DNA of 64,000 nucleotides from Yuukianura sp. NJ FZ-2021 (lineage: Eukaryota). The stretch is taken from assembly GCA_046563655.1 (NCBI GenBank), contig CM102289.1:9858001-9922000 (forward strand), read 5' to 3'. The notes beneath the pieces were generated by a model that ran no database searches, had not been told where the DNA came from, and worked only from the letters and a program-made list of their open reading frames with translations. Shown here one piece after another: positions 26,501 through 38,077 of the stretch (positions are counted from its first letter, which is position 1; each line of letters begins with the position of its first letter). The position numbers and the translations under genes were made by a program.

Positions 26501-29116
26501 CTAATCCTGACTTTTTCCAAAAGTCCTTCTGTAGAAAGTTAGAAAGTGTGATGGTGTTTCAGAAAAACAATATCTTGGAATTTTTTAAATTTTCATAAAA
26601 AAGGAAAATACACTTTAGTGAATTTCTCATCCTATTCTGACTTTTTCCAAAATGCCTCCTGTAGAAAGTTAGAAGGTGTGATGGTGTTTCAGAAAAACAA
26701 TATCTTGGAATTTTTTAAATTTTCATAAAAAAGGAAAATACACTTTAGTGAATTTGTTGGCCTAATCCTGACTTTTTCCAAAAGTCCAATCGATACATGA
26801 TCATGATGTGTGTCATTCATCCCACATTTTTTTGTACGCTTAGGCATCTGTACGGTGGTGAGGACTTTGTGTCCCCTACGAAAGCAAAAAGTCCGAAACG
26901 AAATTCTGTCGACAGGTAAAATTTTGTCGAAATTAGTTTCACAAATCAACTAATTACTAGGAATTGATTACTACTTTGGGTTTGCTTTGAATTTGCAGTG
27001 GAAAAGTGCCAGAGTTTGACCTAGGAGAAATTGATATTGGCCTTGACGCTTTGAATTCTGGTGTTGTATTTTCTAAAACCAGAGCCTTTGAGGTAAGCAT
27101 ATTTGCCAATATTTAGTTCTAATGCTGCTCAAGTATCAAGTTGTTGACTAAAATTTTTTGTGTGTTTGTGAAGCATGCTAGAGAAGCTTTTGAAAGTCCT
27201 ACAAGTCAGAGAGCGGCATCATCGTTTGAGAATTTGAGGCACTGGAGAAACAAGGGCGGGAAAGGGAGACGCCATGATGTTTGTGTTGAGCTACACCTTG
27301 CCAAGGTAAACTTACTTCTAAAATTAACATATAATGCCAAAAATTAGTTAATTAGTAATCGTTAATGTCTGTTTTTGGATTGTTCAGATGAAATTCCAGC
27401 ATGAAACTTACCCTGAGCATACTGAGCAGGCGTCACGTCAAGTTCTGGTCATCCATACAATGGAAATCCACGATCGACTGCAGTCCTCCAACTACAACAA
27501 AATGCTGTACCTCTTCTCATCTCCTTCCAAACCGAAACAGTCCCATGCCAACATGGTTGTTATAAAAGCTGCTCATATTCGACCCGATGCCCAACTGAAC
27601 ATCGAAGAATGCTGCCTCAAAGTGTCACTCCTCCCACTGCGACTCAATGTTGACCAAGACTCTTTGCTCTTCCTACATCAGTTCTTTGGCGACATTGCTC
27701 CAAAGTCGGACAACGAAGGTTAGTTATTAAAAGTAAAAGCTAAAAAGTTTTTGTAGATGCTTAGTTGAGCAATTTGTTGTCACTTCAGGAGAAGAAGAGC
27801 GAAGTAAACCACAATCCCATCACTCATCTCTAGAAAACTTGCCGGTGATGACAGTTAGAAACAGCACTGAAGAAGACTTGAATAGGCGCCAGACGCTGGA
27901 CCCTGGCAATCTCTTGATCTTTGACGAGTCTCCAGTTCAGGATGACAACGTTTCCATTTCGTCCAGAGATCAGTCAATCGATTCCGTCAAAACTGCTTAC
28001 CCAATCTACTTTCGGTCAGTATCGTTACAGAAATTTAGTTAGCAGTTGAAAATTTAAAAAAAAATCAAAGTTCTTCATCTTTTTTTTTCTCTTAGACAAG
28101 TCATCTTTAGTCCAGAAGTTCCAATCCGGATCGATTATACTGGAAAACGGCTGGACATGACGCATGGACCGTTGGCCGGTTTTCTCATGTGTTTAGCCCA
28201 GTTGAACAATTCCGAAATCCATCTCAAAACGCTCAACTATCGAAATGGGTAAAACAATTTAAAAATTTTATGTTAATTAACAATTCAAGAGTCTATAATT
28301 TGTGTTTTACTTTTGTTTTTGTAGGATTTTAGGCGTTGATAGACTCTTCTTGTTCATGGTGACTGAATGGGGAATCGACATTAAAAAGAATCAACTTCCG
28401 AGTCTTTTAGGTGGAATTGGACCGCTCTATTCCTTTGTCCAAATCTGTAAGAAACTAATGCAATGATTTTTGACACTTTGTGATAGTAACTTGACCTGGT
28501 TTTAAATTTTAGTTCAAGGCATTCGAGATTTGTTTTGGCTTCCGATTGAGCAGTACCAAAAAGACGGAAGAATCACGAAGGGAATTCAGCGTGGAGCGAC
28601 GTCGTTCTCGACGTCTACGGCAATGGCCGCCTTGGAACTGACGAATCGTTTGGTCCAAACAATTCAAAGTGCTGCGGAGTTTACTTATGACATGGTTTCT
28701 CCTGGACCAAGTATGCAGCAGCAGCGGCAACTTTCGAAACGGAAGAAGAGAATGGAAAAACCTGGTGACATTCGTTCTGGAGTGACGAATGCCTATCTTG
28801 TCCTCAAAGACGTAAGCGATCACCGTAGAAACTCAAAATTTTGCTAGAGAATTTGAAAATTTTGAATTTGAAATTACTCTTTGCGTGATAGGGATTCGGT
28901 GACACTGCAAAGACGATTGTTCGAGTGGCAACAAAAGAGCATGAGCAGAAAGGCTTGTCGGGAGCGTTCGGTGGAGTTTTGCGTCAAATTGCTCCGACAG
29001 TTTGTGTCCCAATTATTCTGTCGTCCCAAGCGACGTCCAGCCTTCTGGATGGATTCAAGTCTCAACTAGAGCCGGACTCAAAGAAGGACGCTGCTGAGAA
29101 GTGGAAACAGTTTTAA
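20591..29116 (+). CDS. ATG2: Autophagy-related protein 2 (lipid-transfer protein), ~25 exons
   Basis: Chorein-N start RICKYLIQRYLGQYLQEKLTLDQL...ISLSIPW; LHLHLWNCAIDY; WHLYGGEDF; LKVSLLPLRLNVDQD; ATG_C region FWLPIEQYQKDGRITKGIQRGATSFS..ALELTNRLV and GAFGGVLRQI..KWKQF*. Introns are canonical. Confidence 0.95.
26499..26787. repeat. ~130-bp tandem duplication (about 2.2 copies) inside an ATG2 intron
   Basis: CTGACTTTTTCCAAAA..GTAGAAAGTTAGAA.GTGTGATGGTGTTTCAGAAAAACAATATCTTGG...CACTTTAGTGAATTT occurs twice. GCCTAATCCTGACTTTTTCCAAAAGTCC is at both ends. Confidence 0.9.
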
Positions 29117-29526
29117 CCCTGTTTCAACACTAGATGTTTCAACCAACATGTTTTAACACTATGTTTCTTCAATTGATCAATCAACTAATTAATTACTTTC
29201 TATCTCGCAATAGATCGCTTACAATTTACTCTTTTACCAGAAGTCAGTCCGTGATCGAGAGTATTTCGCAACTTCGAAATTAAATGGCTTAGTTTTCTAA
29301 TCATTACAGAAACTGTGTGATGCATTTGGAGCGATACTGTTCGTTTTTACTTGTGAATCGATTGCGTTGTGTCTACTACTAAGAATTAAGATCACCTTGA
29401 CTACTTAGCGTCAAGTTGCGCACCACTTGGACACAAAAAATTTAGAAAAGAAAGAGTAACGTAAGAAACTAACGGAATATGGAGGTCAAAGTATCACAAC
29501 TAAGGTAGTAGAGATTGGAGGGGAGA

Positions 29527-32350
29527 CTACATACTGTGTAATAGCAGTGCATCGTTCCCATTTTGAACCAGATCTTCCTGTTTCCCACAGATGAAGCGTG
29601 CTTCAGCGAAATCTGCCAGAGACAACCTGGCTGAAGCATACCAGAGATAAATGGATAAAAACACTGACCACGTCCGCATGAATCCCAGGATAAACGCCAG
29701 CGTTCCATATGCGAGCCTGAACAATTTCAAACAACATTTTTCAATTTTTTTTGTAGTTTTAAAGTTTTTCTTTGAAAAAGTTATGGTGGATTACCAGAAG
29801 TAGTAGGCAAATATCATTTGGATGAGGAGGTGGAGGGTACAGATGACATGGCGTTTGGTGATGGGAGTGGACACGGACGCGGGAGAGTTGGTCGTGAGAC
29901 AAATGGATTTGAATCGTGCTTCGACGCAGTAACTGATCATCAGAACAAACGGAAGGTGGAGGAAGAACAACTAAAATTCCAAATCAACAGAATCTCATTG
30001 GCTAATTCAATAAGTTTCTCATGCTTGGTTTGAATCCTGACCTGGATTGTCCCATAGACGTAAGTGAAGGAAGTTGGCAGAAGCGTCCAGTTCACAACCG
30101 TTCCCCACGCAAAGGAAGCCCCAATGTGGCCCTCAATTACCTCTGCACAAAAGTTGTTGTAAATTAATTACTTCTTAATTAATTAATTAAGTTAACTCAA
30201 TTCGCCAAAACTTATTAAACGACACGTACCTCCAATGAACCAAGGTCCTGAATGTAAAAATTAAAAATTCAGTTAGTAAGTTGCAGTCCTTAAATTTTAA
30301 ATTGTTGATTGGTTTACCCATTGTCAAATACAGTGGAAATCCAACTACTGGCACAAAGATTCTGTCAATTGTGGACAGAATCCAGAGACGTCGTAAGAAA
30401 TTATCCAAGAAGGTATTCCGGAAAACCGGCTTGTGCATACAGTTCGCTGAAAAACACAAAAGTCATGTGTTCAGAATGACGAAATTTGAGTGAATTTAGA
30501 ACAATATTGGTTACCCTTCGTTAAAAAATGGAGTATTCTGAGCAGTACAAAAGGAACTACGGACACAAGGACAAACGTAAAAAAGAATCCATGGAAAACA
30601 TGTTGGGCATCCGTCATGAGAACGATTCTCGGAAGAAGCTGAAAACTAAGCCTAGTTCCATCCAGGGAAAAGGGATGAGCAATTTCTTTGGAGAGGCCAG
30701 TTACTAGCTCCACATGAACCTAGGACAAAATGTCAAAAAATCGTTTTAGGCGTAAAGTACTTCAAGTACTGAGCTATTGGCATGACTTACATAAACTTTA
30801 TGTAGACCCTTGGAATAACTATCTGGATCCCACGGGGCAACAAATAACGGACCCTTCACGTGGATACACTCCGTCCACTCGTTTTCATCCACTTTTGCAC
30901 GTACTCGTAGAATGCTGTCCGGGGCGAACACTAAAATTCTGGACACAAATACTTGACAATTAAGTTAGGAAATACTTGCAAGTATTAGTTGACATTTTGG
31001 TTACCTTATGTGACTAGAATGGCGGAAGAGTTGAAGGGGGTCCTTCTTAGGGAAAGTGAATAAGGCATGTTTTGGATTAGTGACGAGAATCACAGGCCAA
31101 TCCCCATGATGTACGTCAGTAAATGAAAAGATGCCATGGTCAAAGGCAGCAACACGAAACCTACACAAAAGAAGGACAAGATCAGCTGATTAGTAATTAA
31201 AACTGAAAAGCATAATTTAAAATTTACATTCGATTATCCTTCCAGTCTCCTAGTTCAATTTCTAGAAGTCCAGACTGCTGAACTGTGTACATGTTAGGTA
31301 CGATCCCTCCCAGCCTGAATAAGAAACAAATGTCACAAATTTAGCACTCAACGGTGGAAATACTTCATAAACTGCTTGAACTTACGTGTGCAAGTGACCG
31401 CAGAGGTAAGCTGTACTATTCTGCATGAGGCGACGAATTCCCGGACTGGGAGAGATGATACAAGATGTCGGATAGTGGCCAAACCACACTCTGCCAGTAT
31501 TGTTCCGACTTTCTTGTTCAAAGGAACGCAGTAGCTCGAACTCCTCATCTGCGACGTTTCCGATAAAATTAAATGGCCGCCTTGGCCCAGGGTCTAAAGT
31601 TGCGTCGATCCCAATGAACGAGTACTTGTCACCTTCCTTCTGGACGACGTACATGTATGACTTGACGTGTTTCTTCCCTTGGACCGAGTACTGATGGTAG
31701 TAACTCCGATCACTTAGAGTTCCAGGCACATTGAAGTTGTCATGATTCCCCCGAATGTCTAACCAAACTGTCTTCCGCGTCACATTTGATTCCGCCAGGA
31801 TGCTGCTATAAGTTTCCCACTCCTGTATGTATTGATTAGACCCCATGTTATCCGGTGCTTTCCCATCAGCTAAATCTCCTACAACATACACAAGTTACGT
31901 CATGTTCAAGCTTCAATCGGTAGTATTATAATTACATTTGTTAATTACAGATCCTTACCTGAGGCAAGTACCACTTCTGGATGAATCGCAGTGACAGTCA
32001 CTTCGCAAAAGTCCTTGAGGTCACGGATACGGTCTTGATCGTGAAATATGCTGATATGAATGTCTGAAATCTGAAATTAAACATAATTTATTACATGCTT
32101 CATCGGTAAAACGATTTTATGTCGTTTTGATTACCTGAATGAACCAAAACAGACGTTCTGCAGTGTCCCCTAGCATTTGAGAAGGGTCCAGAGCTAAGTG
32201 TGGAGTTGCTTGATGGTGACCGTTGACCTCCAAGTGATTATGATGTACTGGATGTCTTATGTGAATTACGTCGAAGACTCTACCAAGGAAAACTGCAAAG
32301 AGGACTAGCACCGTCACTGTCAGAAATATCCCGATTTGCTTCAAATGCAT
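29527..32350 (-). CDS. TMEM62: Transmembrane protein 62 (calcineurin-like metallophosphoesterase domain + C-terminal TM helices), multi-exon
   Basis: N-terminal TM segment; WFIQ|ISDIHIS, SG|DLADG, WLDIRGNHD, FIGIDATLDPGPRRPFNFIG, WFGHYPTS, YLCGHLHT, ELGDWKDNR. An 18-nt exon (GPWFIGE, 30230-30247) and hydrophobic C-terminal exons follow. Confidence 0.88.
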
Positions 32351-32890
32351 ATTGCGCTGTGGATAATCATTATTTCAAAACGGAAACAATGTCAACCGAT
32401 TGAACAGCATGTCAATGTCAACTAAAATTAATCAATTAACGTGTTTGTATGTAATGCAAGTTATGGTCAGCTGTTATGTTGTATGACTCACCTCTGATCT
32501 TTATTATTGTCCAACACAGAGCCACCGTCACACCACCCTCGTCGCCCAGGGTGACCATACAACAACGCAAAAAGACGACCCAAATTCTGTGGAACGATCA
32601 TCGATTAACGAACTCTTAATTAAAGGATAACTTTTCTTATAATCAATACTTTTTAAATAGTTCTATCGAAAAAGCTTGCATTTATTCAACAAGTAACACT
32701 GGGTTCGTTGGGTTTCACCGTTACAAAATTACGTTTTTCTTTCATGATTTGATACTACGTTAAAATCGATTTTAGAACCACTGAAAAGCGGACAGAGGTT
32801 GTGGTGTACCGGGATCGTTTTGTTAGCACTAACCTAAACTTTAACGTTGTTTTAGGTTGGATTTGTGTTGATGGGTGCGATTAATTTGGT

Positions 32891-34942
32891 TTAGTAGCTG
32901 GCTCCATACTTGCTGAAGTCGTCATCTGACATGGACGACACTGATCCACCGGAGAACGACCGGTGTCGGCCCGCATTCAATCCAATTCCATTACTTGTAG
33001 TCCCATCGTCATCTTCGTCGAAAGAGGAAGTTGATTCAGCAGAGTTGAGTCGTTTCCGTCGGCTCTTTGTCTTTCGCTGGTTCTTCTTACGTTGCCCCAA
33101 AATGGAGGAATTGCTTCGATAGATTTGTCTTTTCACTTCATCACTAAATCGAACAGTCTTCTTTTCCGCCGGGGATCCAACGACTTCTGGTGTACATTCT
33201 CCACTTTCTTCAAATGGATCTTCCAGAACTGGTTGTAATGACAACGGAGGAGAGTCTGTCCCGCTGTCAACTGAATTCTTTAGGTCATCCTCTCCGGGGA
33301 TAAACTCAGAGTTTGTTTCTTCTGTTTTAGTGTCCTCGAGAGACAAGTCTAGCAAACTGCGTTCCAGAGCAACCGGCTGTTTCTTGACAACGTTCATGCA
33401 GACTGTTAGTTGTCGCTTATCCTTGTCGAAAGTAGCCTTTGCAGACTCGGGGTGAACTTTGTAAGGTAGTTTGACCTTGAGGTAGTACAAAGCATCCAAG
33501 TCCGATTTCAGCTCAAATCCATCGCCATCATCAACAACATCGGCGTCTAAAGTGGACGAGTCCTTCAACAGTGGCAAATTGGCAGTCAAAACAATTTGAT
33601 CCGGAACGTTTGCATTGACGGTTTTCCTTTGGAATTCTGTGCAAAAGTTTTGCATGTCTACGTGGGATCGATACTTGAGGGCGTACTTTGGGTGGGTCCA
33701 ATTGGAATAGTCCAACTCCGTGTTGGCTGGTTCTGGTTTCTGATTCTGAATTTAAAAAAAACATGAATCAAAAATGTAACCAATACATTTATACTTATGA
33801 ATTACTCACCGCTGCGACTTTGTTTTTGTTTCTTCGTCCTTTTTTCCTGTTTTTCTGCTGATCCGAATTCACATTGTTAGACTGTTGACTAGAGGCCAAT
33901 GGGCAATCTTTTTCAGGCGGTTGCTCTTTTCCAATTTGTGTAGGATCGATTACATGAGGTGGCTCTTCCCCGATTTTGTACTTGATGGTGGCAGCATGTC
34001 TAAGTCCTTTGTACCTACAATTCAAGTAGCGAAAGTAAGATATGAAAATGAAACAAACAACAATAGAGTTTGGAAAACAATGGACGTATATTTTAGTATC
34101 AAGTACTTGAGCTTAGGCCGTCGAATGTTTACTTTGTCGAGAGAAACACTAAAACTTTTCTCGACAGCCTCAAGAGCAGTTTGTTCCAATGTTTGTTGCA
34201 GCAAAGTATTCTGTTTGGCTAGCTTCAAAGCTTCGGGACTAAATCTGTCAATGAAAAATTGACATGCTATTAATAATTTAAACTAGGACTTAATTTGCAT
34301 AGCCAGTTAAAGTTGTACACGTGGATTTACGTACATGACGTCATAGACCATGCAAGGCTGTCCTGACTTGTCCCGGTCCTCCCTTCCTTGACTTTGTGTG
34401 TAAGGAATTGACCAGAACGTTCCGATCCTAAATTGACCAGAGTCAATTCAATGATCATGAAATTAATCTGATTGGCAGGCGAATTACTTGTTATCTTGCG
34501 CTCCATTCTCAACAGTCGGTTTTCGAATAAGAGCATTAGAACAAATATTGATGAATGCCTTTTTGTCTCCATCAACGCTCGTTTTTAGGACGTAACTGCC
34601 ACGGGGATTGACGAAATGAACAATGTTTCCCCTTTCTCTCTCCAGTTGCTTAACTTCAGACTGGTAAGTGGTTTGATTCTCGGGATCCTGTGTTTAAAAA
34701 ACTAATTTAACTCTTGCAGTTCTTGAGATTGAATTCGCTCAACTTAAAGTCAGCCTCACCCTAACTTCTTCTACATAACTACTCAGCATTTGCCGGAACG
34801 TATCATTCTTGAGAGCCACTTTAATTTGTTCCAGTTCACTCTGCTTTATTTCGAATTCATCGTCCGGGGATTGTCCGATCAAGTTGTACATGTCTTCCAG
34901 TTGACTTGACACAGTCACAGGCGGTTCCGTAGTCGTTGCCAT
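32891..34942 (-). CDS. DNAAF2: Kintoun / dynein axonemal assembly factor 2 (PIH1 + CS domain), multi-exon
   Basis: ALKNDTFRQMLSSYVEE, YVLKTSVDGDKKAFINICSN, WSIPYTQ, VYDVIFSP, PKYALKYR, LPYKVHPESAKATFDKDKRQLTV. The C-terminal KKTVRF...SSILGQRKKNQRK (RVxF PP1-docking motif) is as recalled for arthropod kintoun. Confidence 0.88.
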
Positions 34943-35086
34943 CTTGTTTCCTTGTTCTTCAAATGCTAAAAATCAACAAATCAAGCTGAATCAAAAGAGC
35001 GAAGTTAAGTTACTGGATGTTTCTGGAAGGGACACAAGTTTCTTCTGGATTCTGGATTGTTCTGTGCGCAAATGACCGACTGACTA

Positions 35087-37425
35087 TGAGGGGAGATCGA
35101 CTGCTTTTCAACACAAATTTCCGCAAGCTTTTTTTTAAAAAACACAGCACAAAAGCTTGCAGAAAATGTCACTAAGTAACATTTTCTACATGCTTTTTCC
35201 TTGCAGAAAAATTGTGCCGTCGAAATTGAGGCGTTGAAATTGAGCCGTCGAAATTGAGGCGTTGAAATTGAGCCGTCGAAATTGAGCCGTTGAAATTGTG
35301 CCGTCGAAATTGAGCCGTTGAAATTGTGCCGTTGAAATTGAGGCGTTGAAATTGTGCTGTTGAAATTGAGGCGTTGAAATTGTGCTGTTGAAATTGAGGC
35401 GTTGAAATTGTGCCGTCGAAATTGAGCCGCTGTAATAATTCCAGATGCCACATGCGCAGTAGGCTCTTAAGCCCAATTTATACTTTTTTTCCTTTTCCCG
35501 AGGACGAAAGCAGGGAAAAGTTGCGTTGGGAATTTGTTTGGCCTTTCCCAATTTATACTTTTCCCGTCAACTCTTCCTGAACAATTTCCCTGGGATTTTC
35601 AAACACCTTTGTCTTGGAGAAAGTATAAATTGGTAGAGGAAAAATGTGTATAAGTTGTTAGTCTAGAGAAAACAAAATAGAAAATCGCCTTGGTAACTTT
35701 CGGAATCAGATAGTCAATCTCTGATAATCAGCCGTTCCCCGGGAAAAAAGTAGGATTGAGTTCAACTTTGGAAAATGAGAGGAGAAGACAAAGTTACGGA
35801 AAAGCATAAATTGTTTTCCCAAGAAATCCGTTTCCCTCTCGTCTCCCAGGAAACGGTTTGCCATTGAGGGAAAAAAGTATAAATTGCGTTCCCCATTCGT
35901 TGCCAGGGAAATTTCCCGGCAAAACCGCGAGTATAAATTGGGTTTTCGGGAATACCAAAAGACAAAGAGTCGTGCGCCACTGAGTTTTCGCCTTTGCATT
36001 AAATAACATCAGAAGTTACAAAATGAAATGCACATTACCAGTTTTGCTAATTAATTATAAAAATAATAAATAATAAATATGTATATAATATAACGTATAT
36101 ATATTATATTATGTATATGTAATATGTTATATCATATAATAATAATGATAATAATACTATATATGAATAATAATATAATAATGATAATAGATAATAATGA
36201 TAATAATAATAGTTCATAATAAAGTCATATAGTGAGCGATGGATATAATAAATAAAATTGTATAATCATTTATTTAATTTATTTATTTATTGTTCTGATG
36301 AAGAAATGATTAACAAACCTGGTAATGTACGCATGTGCATTGCATTTTATAATTAGTTCGGAAAGTTATTTCTTACAAAGGCAAAAACTGGGTGGCACAG
36401 GACTCTTTGTGTATTGTTCTTCTTTAAGGACGGACTGCGCATGTGTCCTCCCTGTTTGGGAATACAGAAACATTCAGGGCCGTGTGCTACCAAGATTCGG
36501 CCCATCTGTTGGACCAATTTGATTAACTCAATTCACCATTTCAAACACTTAAACGGATCTATGGTTTATGAATCGTTAATTAGATATTCTTTTTACTAAA
36601 TTAGTAATATTCTTAGTAAAAAAGCATTTTGATTACTAATTAAAACTGTTATGAAACATAAGAAACAAAAGCTAATAGACGACGATATCAGATTATAGAA
36701 TTAATATGCATACATCAATACTAATTATATGTTTTATATGAGTGTATCTCTAATTATTATATTATATAACTTATACTTATCCAATTACTTTCTTTTTCAG
36801 AAACGTTGAATAAAAGATACATAATCATTAAGGACGAAACAACGAAAACATAATTTCGCTAAACATATACTTATATATCACATAATTGGCATTAGTGTTT
36901 GCATATTATATATATTAATATTAATTATATAATTTGATTTAATCATTTAATTATCTTTGTTTCCTATTCTAATATCAATTTTAGCAGGTAAAAAATGTTT
37001 TCTAATGAAAGGATAATTAATTCAGTAAAAATATTAACTAATTAACGGAACCAGTAATCCAAATATGTAGTATAATTGATAAGCTGTGTTCAAATTTATT
37101 CAACAGAGTGGCCCAAAGTCGATAAACATACGGCCCTGAATGTTTTTCCATTCCATTTAAACGGAGTGCGCATGTGGCATCTGGAATTATTACAGCGGCT
37201 CAATTTCGACGGCACAATTTCAACGCCTCAATTTCGACAGCACAATTTCAACGCCTCAATTTCAACAGCACAATTTCAACGCCTCAATTTCGACGGCACA
37301 ATTTTTCTGCAAGGAAAAAGCATGTAGAAAATGTTACATAGTGACATTTTCTGCAAGCTTTTGTGCTGTGTTTTTTAAAAAAAGCTTGCGGAAATTTGTG
37401 TTGAAAAGCAGTCGATCTCCCCTCA
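35087..37425. mobile_element. Non-autonomous DNA-transposon-like foldback element with long TIRs containing 14-bp repeats; TA target duplication
   Basis: 35087-35458 is the reverse complement of 37167-37425 apart from a few substitutions and the copy number of the 14-bp unit GAAATTG(A/T)G(C/G)CGT(C/T) (~16 left, ~8 right). Flanks read TA|TGAGGGGAG...CTCCCCTCA|TA within a (GACT)n stretch. No transposase ORF. Confidence 0.8.
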
Positions 37426-38077
37426 TAACTGACTGACAAAAAGAAAACAAACACAAACAAGGAGATAGCAACAACAAGGGGGGAGCCGGAGTCGCCTAGG
37501 AGAATTTGGCTATGCAAAAAAAGTAACGGGACTTGTTACATTACCTTTAATCGTTTAATCAGGTTCTATCTCATCTTCTACAGGTCTGTACTCCATGTTC
37601 CAAAATTTATAACTTCATTCGCTAATTGATAACATTAGCAGAATTTAAATTAGGGAATTTGGCATCTTTTTAACAGCTGCAATGAAGATAAGGTGTTAAA
37701 TATTTAAAAAAAATTTACACTTCGTAAGTATTTCTGATGTCCATAGCTGAATGGGGTGGTGGGTGTGTGTTTTGGTGACACCGTTGTTACAAGGGCTCAT
37801 TCATTTCCCCAGCGCCCTAACTTTTTACCCCTAACGTTGACCTTCGCTCCAAAATATCAGCGCAGAAGAATTCCAATGCCTCACTATTTTGCACTTCAGC
37901 TACGAGTATGAATTTAGAAATGTAAAAGAAAGTTTAGAGCCTAAATTTCCTATTTACATTTATAAATCCTCCGACTTGGAATTATGCTACTCACATACCC
38001 CAAACTTCTTTTTAGATTTCTAGCGTATTCAATTTGGACTTTATGATATCTTCGTACTTTAGTAGTTTTGGTAGTAA

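Noticed and set aside
35005..35551. Repetitive ORFs (NFNASISTAQFQRL...) and their mirror at 37076-37517
   Set aside because: Translations of the stop-free 14-bp repeat, open in all three frames; no transposase or other domain.
36472..37138. hAT element with CAGGGCCGT...ACGGCCCTG termini
   Set aside because: The flanks continue as inverted rather than direct repeats, so there is no 8-bp TSD; kept only as an internal foldback module.
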